Below, one piece after another: positions 1-8,644 of a stretch of 64,000 nucleotides of DNA. Both the position numbers and the translations under genes were made by a program. This stretch comes from Verrucomicrobiota bacterium (GTDB taxonomy: Bacteria > Verrucomicrobiota > Verrucomicrobiia > Limisphaerales > UBA8199). Under the pieces are notes generated by a model. It saw only the letters and a program-made list of their open reading frames with translations, did no database searches and was not told the DNA's origin. Position 1 is the first letter of the stretch. Every line of letters starts with the position of its first letter. The stretch is taken from NCBI GenBank assembly GCA_012517205.1, contig JAAYVL010000121.1:66-64065 (forward strand), read 5' to 3'.

Positions 1-254
1 AGGGGCCCGTATTGGCCCACCGACGGCCGGCTGGGAACGGTTTGCGCCGCGGCCACCCAGCGCTGGCGCTGGGCTTCGGTCAGGCTCCGGCCCCAGGCCT
101 GGGAGCAGGCCGCGAAGCTGGCGCGGGCGCGAGCCTGGGCGGGAGACCGGGCGTCGCGGGGCATGGTTAACGCCCGGCAACATTGGCCGAAGGGCGTCGA
201 GTAATAGACATAAGCTCCGAGGCGTCCGGAGCGGGGGGAATCGAGTAATTTCAT
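1..254 (-). CDS. hypothetical protein, N-terminal part only (gene runs off the left edge)
   Basis: A minus-strand frame opens at ATG 254 (second in-frame ATG at 164) and reaches position 1 with no stop. Translation: MKLLDSPRSGRLGAYVYYSTPFGQCCRALTMPRDARSPAQARARASFAACSQAWGRSLTEAQRQRWVAAAQ... It is absent from the ORF track, presumably because it is truncated. No motif recognised. Confidence 0.3.
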   Translation of the reverse strand, partial: MKLLDSPRSGRLGAYVYYSTPFGQCCRALTMPRDARSPAQARARASFAACSQAWGRSLTEAQRQRWVAAAQTVPSRPSVGQYGP

Positions 255-617
255 AAGCGTGAAACTTCCATGGTTGTTTGATTGCCAGGCCGCACGGGCC
301 GCCCGGCGGCCCGTGCCTTACGAGCCTGTCGTCCGGATTGCCATGCTGCCTCAGCCACGGATCAAAGGCTACCGTATGGGCGGACGAGGTCAACGCGAGA
401 GTGGTTTTCGAGACGGAAATGGGCGCAACGCATGTTTTTCCAAGGCGCAGCCCTTCCGGCTGGCAAGCGTTTGCCTCACCGCCCAAAGTTGGCGAAGACA
501 CCGGAGCTCCGATTACGCCGAATGAACGGATGGGAAAGAGGCGGGCCGCGTCTGCCGGGGCCGGGATTCTGGATTTTTGCTTTCCTTGGGGCGGGAAGCT
601 CTGTTAAGAAAGCGCTC

Positions 618-1610
618 ATGGTGCGCAGATTATGTTTGGCCGGAGTCATCCTGGTTAGCGGATGGCTGCTCGGGACCGCTTTCGCCGAAGAGTTCAAACT
701 CGCCGATGGCACGGTGCTTTCCGGGGAGCTCCTGGCGGCGTCCGCCAGTGACGCGGGGGTGCAAATCAAGGTGGGCGATGGCAAATATGAGCGGGTGCCC
801 TGGGCGAATTTCTCGCAGGCGGATCTGAAGAACTTTGCCAAAATCAAGAAACTGGAGCCCCTGGTGGAGCCGTTTATCGAGATCTCACAGGAGGAAAAGA
901 TCAAGAAGACCGAGGTTCCCATCCAGCAGCCCGCGCGGTTGGAACGGCCCGTGCCGCACTCGCTGCTGGGCGCGCTTTCTTCCTCCGGGCCGGGGCTGTT
1001 GATGCTGCTATTGCTTTACGCGGCCAATATCTACGCCGCTTACGAAATCGCGATCTTCCGCGCGCGGCCCGTGCCGCTGGTTTGCGGCGTGGCGGCGGTG
1101 CTGCCCTTCATCGGGCCGATTATATTCCTGTGCCTGCCCACGGCGGTGGTGCCGGTTGAGCAGACCTGGGACGCCGCGCCAGCCGCCGCGGCCCAGGCGC
1201 CGACGGCGGAGGCGGTCAACCCGATGCAGGCGGAAGGGGCGACCCATTCCGGAGCATTGCGGCTGGCGCGGCCCGGCTCGACGGAGACAGTGGAGCCGGG
1301 GCAATTCCAGGGCGAAGAGGAAAAGCCGGCCCGGCCGGCGACGCTCACCTTTCAGCGCGGGCAATATACTTTCAACCGGCGTTTCATCGAGACCAAGTTT
1401 CCCGGCTTCTTCGGCGTGGTGCGCCGGGATGCCGATCGGGACATGGTGCTGGTGATCAAATCGGCGCGCGGCGAATATACGGGCCAGCGGATCAGCCGCA
1501 TTGCCGCCAACGACCTCCACCTGATGGTGCAACGAGGCCCCGCCTCGGAGGAAGTCATGATCCCGTTCGTGGAGATCAAGGAAATCGTGCTCAAGCATAA
1601 AGACGCGTAA
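618..1610 (+). CDS. secreted/membrane-anchored hypothetical protein
   Basis: The internal ATG 618 of ORF 282..1610 gives a classical signal peptide, MVRRLCLAGVILVSGWLLGTAFA-EE. A mid-protein hydrophobic pair (LLMLLLLYAANIYAAYEIAIF / LVCGVAAVLPFIGPIIFLCLP) is followed by an Ala/Pro linker and a C-terminal globular part of about 100 aa. No family recognised. Confidence 0.6.
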   Translation: MVRRLCLAGVILVSGWLLGTAFAEEFKLADGTVLSGELLAASASDAGVQIKVGDGKYERVPWANFSQADLKNFAKIKKLEPLVEPFIEISQEEKIKKTEVPIQQPARLERPVPHSLLGALSSSGPGLLMLLLLYAANIYAAYEIAIFRARPVPLVCGVAAVLPFIGPIIFLCLPTAVVPVEQTWDAAPAAAAQAPTAEAVNPMQAEGATHSGALRLARPGSTETVEPGQFQGEEEKPARPATLTFQRGQYTFNRRFIETKFPGFFGVVRRDADRDMVLVIKSARGEYTGQRISRIAANDLHLMVQRGPASEEVMIPFVEIKEIVLKHKDA

Positions 1611-1614
1611 AACG

Positions 1615-1854
1615 ATGGCGCAGCAGTTCGGTTCCTTCACCGCCAGCGAGCTTTATTGTCCCAAGTGCCGCCGCTCCCAACCGGTCCGCGAGCGGCTGTT
1701 GCTGGTGCTGCCGACGGGAGAATTGCATGACCTGGTCTGCTCCCGCTGCGCCACATCGCTGGGCAAACGCACGGTGAGCGCGCCGGCGGTGGCGCCCGTC
1801 CGCGCTCGTTCCCGCGCGGCCCGGCCCGCTCCCGGGCGGGGATTGCTGCGTTAA
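1615..1854 (+). CDS. small zinc-ribbon protein
   Basis: ATG lies 4 nt after the stop of the previous gene. Two CxxC pairs (CPKC ... CSRC) are followed by an Arg/Ala-rich tail. Confidence 0.5.
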   Translation: MAQQFGSFTASELYCPKCRRSQPVRERLLLVLPTGELHDLVCSRCATSLGKRTVSAPAVAPVRARSRAARPAPGRGLLR

Positions 1855-2091
1855 CCGGGCCCGGCGTCCCGGGCGCCGGAATGGGTTTTCGGAGCCGGTT
1901 TTGGGGGAAAAATCCCGCGCCCGGCCCGGCGGCGGAACGGGCCAGCCAGGCGTTTGCCCGGATTCGCGCTCGTGGCCGGCCGAGGCGCTCGGGCTCCCTG
2001 CTCCGTCCCCTGCCCTTTTCCTTGCGCGCCGCAGCCGGTGTTTATTTTGGCTGGTCTTGCGCCGGGCGCCGCCCCATGATAGCCGGTGATT

Positions 2092-3057
2092 ATGCGTATA
2101 CCACTGTTAATCCTGAGCGTTCTGGTTCCGTTCAACTTTGCCGCGCAAGCCTGGAACTCCCTGGGACACCGGACGGTGGCCGAGCTGGCGTGGCGAAAGA
2201 TGGATGCCGGCGAACGCCGGGCCGCCACCCGGCTTTTGCGCCAGCATCCGCATTACCAGCAAATCCTCGTCGCCCATACGCCGGAGGGGGTGGACACCAA
2301 TCACTGGGCGTTCCTGACCGCCGCGGTGTGGCTGGACCTGATCCGTCCGGCCAAGGCAGGGCAACCGCCGAAGCCGGAATTCATCACCCGGTACGACCGC
2401 TATCAGCATGGCATCGGTTATCCATTCGTGCAGCCCGCCGACCAGGGGCGCGTCTCCTTGCGCAATTTCACCCTGCCCCGGACCAATGCGGAAACGATGT
2501 TATCCAACGCGCTGGTCACCCTGCGCGATCGCAAAGCCAGCCCGCACGACCAGGCGGTGAGCCTGTGCGTGGTGCTGCACCTGTTTGGCGATTTGCATCA
2601 GCCGCTGCACGCCGCCACCCTGGTCACCAAAGGCAAACCCAAAGGCCATGGGTTGGGCAGCGGCTTTTTAGTGCGCACCCGCCGCGGCGAGGTGATCACC
2701 CTCCACTCTTACTGGGACTCTTTGCCTGGCGGGGATCTCTCCTACCCCAGCATTCTTGCGCTGGCCGATAAACTCGCCGCCGCGCCCGAACTCCAGCCGG
2801 ACCGGCTGCCGGAGTATGCGCAGAACCGAACCATCCCCGCCTGGGTGCAGGAGTCTTTCCGCACGGCGGTGGATCTCGGCTACGCCCCGGATCGCGTGAA
2901 ATGGGTGCAGGCGTCGGCGGTCAAGTCCGGCAAAGTGGCCGAGGCCGACATCCCGGCGGTGTCGGCGGAATACGCGCGCGACGCGCACCTGGCCATGCAG
3001 CGGCGCCTGGCCCTGGCCGGATTGCGCCTGGCGGAGGCCCTGAAGCAAACCTGGTAA
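2092..3057 (+). CDS. S1/P1-type nuclease family protein (secreted)
   Basis: A signal peptide is followed by W-NSLGHRTVAELA and an HLFGDLHQPLHAA motif, both hallmarks of the S1/P1 zinc nuclease family as I remember it. ATG 2092 is preferred over GTG 2086. Confidence 0.75.
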   Translation: MRIPLLILSVLVPFNFAAQAWNSLGHRTVAELAWRKMDAGERRAATRLLRQHPHYQQILVAHTPEGVDTNHWAFLTAAVWLDLIRPAKAGQPPKPEFITRYDRYQHGIGYPFVQPADQGRVSLRNFTLPRTNAETMLSNALVTLRDRKASPHDQAVSLCVVLHLFGDLHQPLHAATLVTKGKPKGHGLGSGFLVRTRRGEVITLHSYWDSLPGGDLSYPSILALADKLAAAPELQPDRLPEYAQNRTIPAWVQESFRTAVDLGYAPDRVKWVQASAVKSGKVAEADIPAVSAEYARDAHLAMQRRLALAGLRLAEALKQTW

Positions 3058-3071
3058 CCGGGAGCTTCCTT

Positions 3072-4784
3072 ATGCAACGCGCGGCCTGGGCGGTCGTTTT
3101 GCTGCTGAGCCTCCTGCCCCTGCGGGGGGCGGAGCGGCCCAATCTTCTGCTGATCCTGGCCGACGACATCGGCTTTTCCGACCTGGGCTGTTGCGGCGGG
3201 GAGATTCAAACGCCGAACCTGGATTCGCTGGCGGCCAACGGCCTCCGGTTCACCCAGTTCTACAACACCTCGCGCTGCTGCCCCACGCGGGCGTCTTTGC
3301 TGACTGGCCTGTATCCGCACCAGGCGGGCGTCGGCCACATGATGGTGGACCGCAATTACCCGGGTTACCGCAGCAACCTGAATCGCGAGTGCGTGACGAT
3401 CGCGGAAGTATTGCGCGCCGCCGGCTACCGCACGTATATGTGCGGCAAATGGCACGTCACGAACCGCGACGGCCCCGACGACGACAACTCCAACTGGCCC
3501 CTGCAGCGCGGTTTTGAGAAGTTCTATGGCACCATCCGCGGGTATGGCAATTTCTTCGACCCGTCCTCCCTGTGCCGGCAGAACCGGTTTATCACCCCCG
3601 AAAACGACGCCGATTACCAGCCCGCGGTCTTTTATTATACGGATGCGATCAGCGATAACGCGGTGCGCTTCCTGCGGCAGCACCAGCAGGAATCGCCGGG
3701 CCAGCCTTTCTTTCTGTACCTGGCCTACACCGCCGCCCACTGGCCCATGCAGGCGCTGGAAAAGGACATTGCCAAATACCGCGGCAAGTATGATGGCGGC
3801 TACGAACCGGTGCGCCAGGCGCGGCGGCAGCGCCTCCGGCAGCTCGGCCTGCTGGATTCGAAGTGGGATTGCGCGCCGACCGTCGGCGACTGGGACGCCA
3901 TAAAAGACAAAGCCTGGGAAGCGCGGTGCATGGAGGTTTACGCGGCGATGATTGACAACATGGACCAGGGCATCGGGCGCGTCCTGGCCGCGCTCCGGCG
4001 CTCCGGCCAGCTTGAGAATACGGTCATCTTCTACCTCAACGACAACGGCGCCTGCGCCGAGGACATGGGGCGCACCCGGCTCCCGGAGCCGCCCGCCGAC
4101 GAGCTAAAGCCGATGAGCGCGGACACGCTTCAGACGCGCATTCGGCTGCCGATGCAAACCCGCGACGGCCGGGCCGTGAAGTCCGGGCGCCAGGTGATGC
4201 CCGGCCCGGCCAACAGCTATATCGCCTATGGCCGCAACTGGGCCAATGTCTCCAACACTCCCTTCCGCGAATACAAGCATTGGGTGCATGAGGGCGGCAT
4301 CAGCACGCCATTGATCGTGCATTGGCCGGCGGGCATCCCCGCCGCGCGCCGGGGCCGGTTGGAGCCGCAGGTCGGCCATATCATTGACCTGATGGCCACC
4401 TGCGTGGACCTGGCCGGGGCCACCTACCCGCGCCGGTGGAACGGCCAGCCGATCCAGCCGCTGGCGGGCATCTCGCTGGCGCTGGCGTTCCAGGGCAACC
4501 CGCTCAAGCGCGCCACGCCCCTTTTCTGGGAGCATGAAAGCAATCGCGCCGTCCGCGACGGGCGCTGGAAGCTGGTCGCCAAAGCCGGCCAGCCCTGGGA
4601 ACTTTACGACATGCGGAAAGACCGCACGGAAATGCATGACCTGGCCGGGAAGCACCCGCGGCAGGTGCGGCGGCTCGCCAGCCAGTGGGACGCCTGGGCC
4701 GCCCGCGCCCAGGTGCTGCCCCTGGGCGCCTGGAAAGCGAGCGCCCCCGATACCCACGCGCCGCCGCCGTCCGCGCGCCCCTGA
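3072..4784 (+). CDS. arylsulfatase (formylglycine-dependent sulfatase)
   Basis: Signal peptide MQRAAWAVVLLLSLLPLRGA, then PNLLLILADDIGFSDLGCCGG and the sulfatase signature CCPTRASLLTG. Start is ATG 3072 inside ORF 2901..4784. Confidence 0.9.
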   Translation: MQRAAWAVVLLLSLLPLRGAERPNLLLILADDIGFSDLGCCGGEIQTPNLDSLAANGLRFTQFYNTSRCCPTRASLLTGLYPHQAGVGHMMVDRNYPGYRSNLNRECVTIAEVLRAAGYRTYMCGKWHVTNRDGPDDDNSNWPLQRGFEKFYGTIRGYGNFFDPSSLCRQNRFITPENDADYQPAVFYYTDAISDNAVRFLRQHQQESPGQPFFLYLAYTAAHWPMQALEKDIAKYRGKYDGGYEPVRQARRQRLRQLGLLDSKWDCAPTVGDWDAIKDKAWEARCMEVYAAMIDNMDQGIGRVLAALRRSGQLENTVIFYLNDNGACAEDMGRTRLPEPPADELKPMSADTLQTRIRLPMQTRDGRAVKSGRQVMPGPANSYIAYGRNWANVSNTPFREYKHWVHEGGISTPLIVHWPAGIPAARRGRLEPQVGHIIDLMATCVDLAGATYPRRWNGQPIQPLAGISLALAFQGNPLKRATPLFWEHESNRAVRDGRWKLVAKAGQPWELYDMRKDRTEMHDLAGKHPRQVRRLASQWDAWAARAQVLPLGAWKASAPDTHAPPPSARP

Positions 4785-4845
4785 CCGGGTTGAGGCCGCG
4801 CCCGCGAAGCCGTGGCGGCCTCCGGCCCGCCGCCGGGCATGAGCC

Positions 4846-6180
4846 TCAGCGCAGCGCCTGCTGGATTTGCGCGACGGCGACCTGGCGCGGCAGAACTTTC
4901 TGGCGGGCGGCCAGCGCGGCCGCCACGCCCGCGGCGGCGCCAATGGCCATCACAATGCACTGCACCCGGTAGGATGCGTGGGCGTCGTGGCTGCCACTGA
5001 TGCACCGCCCGGCCAGCAGCAGCCCCTCCGTTTTTTCCGGCACCAGGCAGCCATAGGGGATGTCATAAGGCCGCACATGGGTGGCGAAGTTCTCGGCCTG
5101 GCCGGGGCCGGCCGGGTTATGGATGTCCACTACGAAATCGGCGGACCACACCACGGCATCCGGATAGCGCCGGCCGGCGAGGACATCCTCCCGGGTCAGG
5201 TATTTCACGCCCCGGATACGGCGGCTCTCACGCACTCCGATCACCGCGGGCATGGCCGAGATATAGGCCTGTTCATAGCCGGGCGCGTGCCGGCGGAGAA
5301 AATCCAGCACCTGGTACGCCTGCCGGCGCCCTTCGAGTTCCGCGCGAGTCAAATCGTCCACGCGCGTCGCGTCAATGCCATTGACCTGGGTGGCGTTGAT
5401 AATCCGTTCATGGGGATAGGAGGAAAGGTAAACCCGGATGACGCCCACATTGGGCGGCAATTCGCCCCGCTCCATGCCCCGGAGAACCACGTCCTCCCAC
5501 ACGCCTTCCGGCACACGAACCTTCTGCGCCTCCTCCTCGCTGGCGCAGAGCAGCGCCCGCGCCGGATCCACGCCGCCGATGCGGTATTGGATTGAAACCG
5601 GCTGCGTCAACCGGTCGCCCGGACGCCCCATCTCGTATGCCGCGCCGGCCTGGAAGGCCACGTCGCCATCGCCGGTGGCGTCCACCACCACGCCGGCCTG
5701 CAATTCGAGGATGCCCTGCTTGGTCAGGGCGCGCACCCCCGTCACACGCCGGCCGCGCTGGCGCGTCTCCATCACCCAGGTATGCAGCAGGACCTCAGCG
5801 CCGGCTTCGTGGAGCATCGCCGCATAATCCAAATCCAGGCGCTCCTGCACCGGGTGACGCCCGCCAATGCGCTGGAGCACCTCGTCCACCAGGGGACTCC
5901 GCACATGGCCCATTAACGGGCCAACCAGGCCGGTGACGCCCATGCCGCCCAGGCGCCCGCTCTTCTCGACCAGCAGCGTCTTCGCGCCCTGGCGCGCGGC
6001 GCTCACCGCCGCCGCCACCCCGGACGGACCGCCGCCGCACACCAACACCTCGCATTTCCTGACCGCCAAGGCGGGGCCGCCCCGGCCCGCCGCCGCCCAC
6101 GCCGAACCGCCCACCGACGCGCCGGCCAGCAAGGCGCCGGCGGATTTCACGAAGCCGCGCCGATTTAATCGCTCGCTCAT
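4846..6180 (-). CDS. TAT-exported FAD-dependent oxidoreductase (PF12831-like)
   Basis: Twin-arginine leader MSERLNRRGFVKSAGALLAGA and dinucleotide fold VLVCGGGPSGVAAAVSAARQGAKTLLVEK. Confidence 0.8.
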   Translation of the reverse strand: MSERLNRRGFVKSAGALLAGASVGGSAWAAAGRGGPALAVRKCEVLVCGGGPSGVAAAVSAARQGAKTLLVEKSGRLGGMGVTGLVGPLMGHVRSPLVDEVLQRIGGRHPVQERLDLDYAAMLHEAGAEVLLHTWVMETRQRGRRVTGVRALTKQGILELQAGVVVDATGDGDVAFQAGAAYEMGRPGDRLTQPVSIQYRIGGVDPARALLCASEEEAQKVRVPEGVWEDVVLRGMERGELPPNVGVIRVYLSSYPHERIINATQVNGIDATRVDDLTRAELEGRRQAYQVLDFLRRHAPGYEQAYISAMPAVIGVRESRRIRGVKYLTREDVLAGRRYPDAVVWSADFVVDIHNPAGPGQAENFATHVRPYDIPYGCLVPEKTEGLLLAGRCISGSHDAHASYRVQCIVMAIGAAAGVAAALAARQKVLPRQVAVAQIQQALR

Positions 6181-6242
6181 GACGCAAGTCTCGCAAGACG
6201 GGCGGGTCTAGTCAAGCCAGCCGATCCGGGCGTCCGCCCGGG

Positions 6243-7976
6243 CTAGTTCCCCAATCGCAGGATTTGTTTATCGGCCAGCAAACGGGCGCGGAGCGCCTCA
6301 TACGGAACTTTCTGCACCGGGCAGCCGCGCTCAAGGGCCAGGGCCGCGGCGGTGGCCGCCGACTGGCCAAGAATCATGAAGACCGGTTCCATGCGGATGC
6401 TGCCGTAGGCGATGTGTGACGCCGAAAGGCAAATGGGGACCAGCAGGTTTTCACACTGGCCGGCCCGGGGCACTATCGAGCGGTACGAAATCGGGTACGG
6501 CGGGAAGCCCCATACCTGCACGTCGCCCTCGTTTTCCACCCGCCCGTTTTTCACGATGCGCTGGCAGTTATGCGAGTCCATGCCATAGGCGCCCATGCCC
6601 ACGGCGTCTTCCGCCTTCTGCCGCCCCTGGCAATGGTGCTCGGTCATCACATAGTCCGACACCATGCGCCGCGCCTCGCGCACGTAAAGCTGATGCGGCC
6701 AGTGGCCGTTGTCGAGGAACTCGTCCCGCGCCGGCCCCCAGGTCTGCATCTCGGCGCGCATATCCGCGGGCACCCGCGGACTGGTGGCCAGGAAATAAAC
6801 GAAGCCGCGCACGTAGTCCTCGTGCGCCTGCCAGATTTTGGCGCGGGTGGCATAGTCCGCCTCCGGGTAGTCATAGTTGGCGCCGATGAAGTCGGTGGAA
6901 AAACCACCGTTGTTATTGATATCGGTCTTGCCGTTGGGCATCCAGATGGGGTTCCAGAACGCCTTGAGCTGGGGTTTCTGTCCGGCGGCCACGAGCGCTT
7001 CGAGATAGCGGGCCAGCAGTTCGTATTGGGCCGGGTCGTACTTGTCCGGCGGGCGATGCGGCAGGCGGTTGGCCGGATTCTGCGTGTAGCAAAGACGGAA
7101 GTTATAGGCCTGGACACTGCGGTCCCCCTCCCCCGGCTTGCCGCCGTCGCCGGCCTGAATGAATGGCAACCGCCCGCTGGCCGGGTCGCCGGGCTTCAGG
7201 TACGGATCCACCGGGACGGTGAACTGGTGTTGGGGGGTTTCCGCCCGAACCCCGTTGAGCGTTTCTCCGTATTGGGCATTGGCTTCCCGCCCCACCGTGT
7301 AGCTGACCCCGGCCTTGGCCATCAGGTCGCCTTCATACGTGGCGTCAATAAACATGCGGGCGCGGTAAACCTTGCCATTCTCCATGATGATCTCCCGAAT
7401 GCGCGCGCCCTGCCGGGTGACGGAAGCCAGGCGTTGCTGAAAATAGACCGCCGCGCTGGTTTCGCGGAGCATCTGGAACAGGAGCTCTTCCGCCACGCGC
7501 GGCTCGAAGGTCCACATGGTGGCGTCCGGCCCTTCGAGTTCGTCCGCCCGGGAACGGCCAGACCGGTGCTGGATGTAATCGGCGCGTGTCTCGAACCGCC
7601 ACGCCTCATCCCGCGCGTAATGCTGCGCCACGCGCCGGTAAAACTCGCGGGCCAGGCCGCCGATGACCCGTTTGTTGCCGATGTCGGTCGCGCCCAGTCC
7701 GCCTGAGGTCAGGCCGCCCAGGTGATTGCCAAACTCGGCAATGACTACTGTCCGCCCCATGCGCGCCGCCTGGACGGCGGCCACCACCCCGCCGGCGGTC
7801 CCGCCATAGATGCACACGTCGGCTTCAATGACTTCCGCCGCCGAAGCCGATCCCGTCAGGCCCAAAGAAAACAGCGCCAGCAGGCCCGCAACCGCGGCGC
7901 GCCAGGCGGGTTGAAATCCGGCCCCGCGCCAGGCCGTGGGCCGAGCCGTTAGATAGGTAGTATTCTGGTTCGTCAT
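6243..7976 (-). CDS. FAD-dependent oxidoreductase (PF12831-like), exported
   Basis: Hydrophobic leader, then ADVCIYGGTAGGVVAAVQAARMGRTVVIAEFGNHLGG. Same enzyme class as the neighbouring gene. Start is ATG 7976 (MTNQNTTYL...). Confidence 0.75.
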   Translation of the reverse strand: MTNQNTTYLTARPTAWRGAGFQPAWRAAVAGLLALFSLGLTGSASAAEVIEADVCIYGGTAGGVVAAVQAARMGRTVVIAEFGNHLGGLTSGGLGATDIGNKRVIGGLAREFYRRVAQHYARDEAWRFETRADYIQHRSGRSRADELEGPDATMWTFEPRVAEELLFQMLRETSAAVYFQQRLASVTRQGARIREIIMENGKVYRARMFIDATYEGDLMAKAGVSYTVGREANAQYGETLNGVRAETPQHQFTVPVDPYLKPGDPASGRLPFIQAGDGGKPGEGDRSVQAYNFRLCYTQNPANRLPHRPPDKYDPAQYELLARYLEALVAAGQKPQLKAFWNPIWMPNGKTDINNNGGFSTDFIGANYDYPEADYATRAKIWQAHEDYVRGFVYFLATSPRVPADMRAEMQTWGPARDEFLDNGHWPHQLYVREARRMVSDYVMTEHHCQGRQKAEDAVGMGAYGMDSHNCQRIVKNGRVENEGDVQVWGFPPYPISYRSIVPRAGQCENLLVPICLSASHIAYGSIRMEPVFMILGQSAATAAALALERGCPVQKVPYEALRARLLADKQILRLGN

Positions 7977-8016
7977 AAAGCTGGTATTTCTCGAATACGG
8001 TCGCCGTCTGCGGACG

Positions 8017-8508
8017 TCAGCCCTGGGCATCGGCCGCTCCTGCCTGTTTTTCGCGCAGCAACCTGAAATTTCCCTCCTCGCAACAGGCGACGAAGGTCTC
8101 GGTCACCGATTTGAGTTCTTCCCACCGCGCCCGGATGTCCCGCGCTTCCCGGGACGTAATCTGGTTGTCAGCGGCGGCGGTGGCCACCACCGCCAGCAAA
8201 TCCGCAAACTCCTGCACGATCTCGTTGGTGGCGGGGATCAGGTAGGAGGGATGCGGATTGATGGTTTTGGGGTTGCGAATAAAGAAACCGCCCGCCCGCT
8301 GGCAAAGCCACTGCACGATGCGCAGGTCCTGGGTGCACCGCAGCAACGCGTCAATCCGATCCAGCGGGTTGGTGCTGCCGCTGCCCGCGCCCGGCTCGCC
8401 CGGCTCGGCCCATTTGTAAATCATCGAAAGCGACAGTCCCAACTCGGCGGCCACGAGTTTCGGGCTGCACTTCTGAAAGACCTCGCGCAAGAGCTCGTGC
8501 GATTGCAT
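8017..8508 (-). CDS. helix-turn-helix DNA-binding protein (phage CII/CP76-like, tentative)
   Basis: ATG 8508 (MQSHELLREVF...) and an HTH, KLVAAELGLSLSMIYKWA. The helical C-terminus (ITSREARDIRARWEELK) recalls CII/CP76-type regulators. It ends 41 nt upstream of the FAD-oxidoreductase start on the same strand. Confidence 0.55.
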   Translation of the reverse strand: MQSHELLREVFQKCSPKLVAAELGLSLSMIYKWAEPGEPGAGSGSTNPLDRIDALLRCTQDLRIVQWLCQRAGGFFIRNPKTINPHPSYLIPATNEIVQEFADLLAVVATAAADNQITSREARDIRARWEELKSVTETFVACCEEGNFRLLREKQAGAADAQG

Positions 8509-8644
8509 GCGGCCAGCATGCGTGACTCCCGGCCCGTTCGCAAGGAGGAAGCGCGCGTTTGCGCTCGAAGAAAACCGGCTTTTGCCGCTCCGAACGCATC
8601 TCCCCGGGCGCCCCTTATGCTCCCGGCTATCCCGGCAACGCGGC

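Noticed and set aside
282-617. N-terminal extension of ORF 282..1610 (and the overlapping ORFs 259..525 and 278..607)
   Set aside because: The extension is Arg/Pro-rich and precedes a perfect signal peptide that starts at ATG 618. It is more likely a divergent promoter region.
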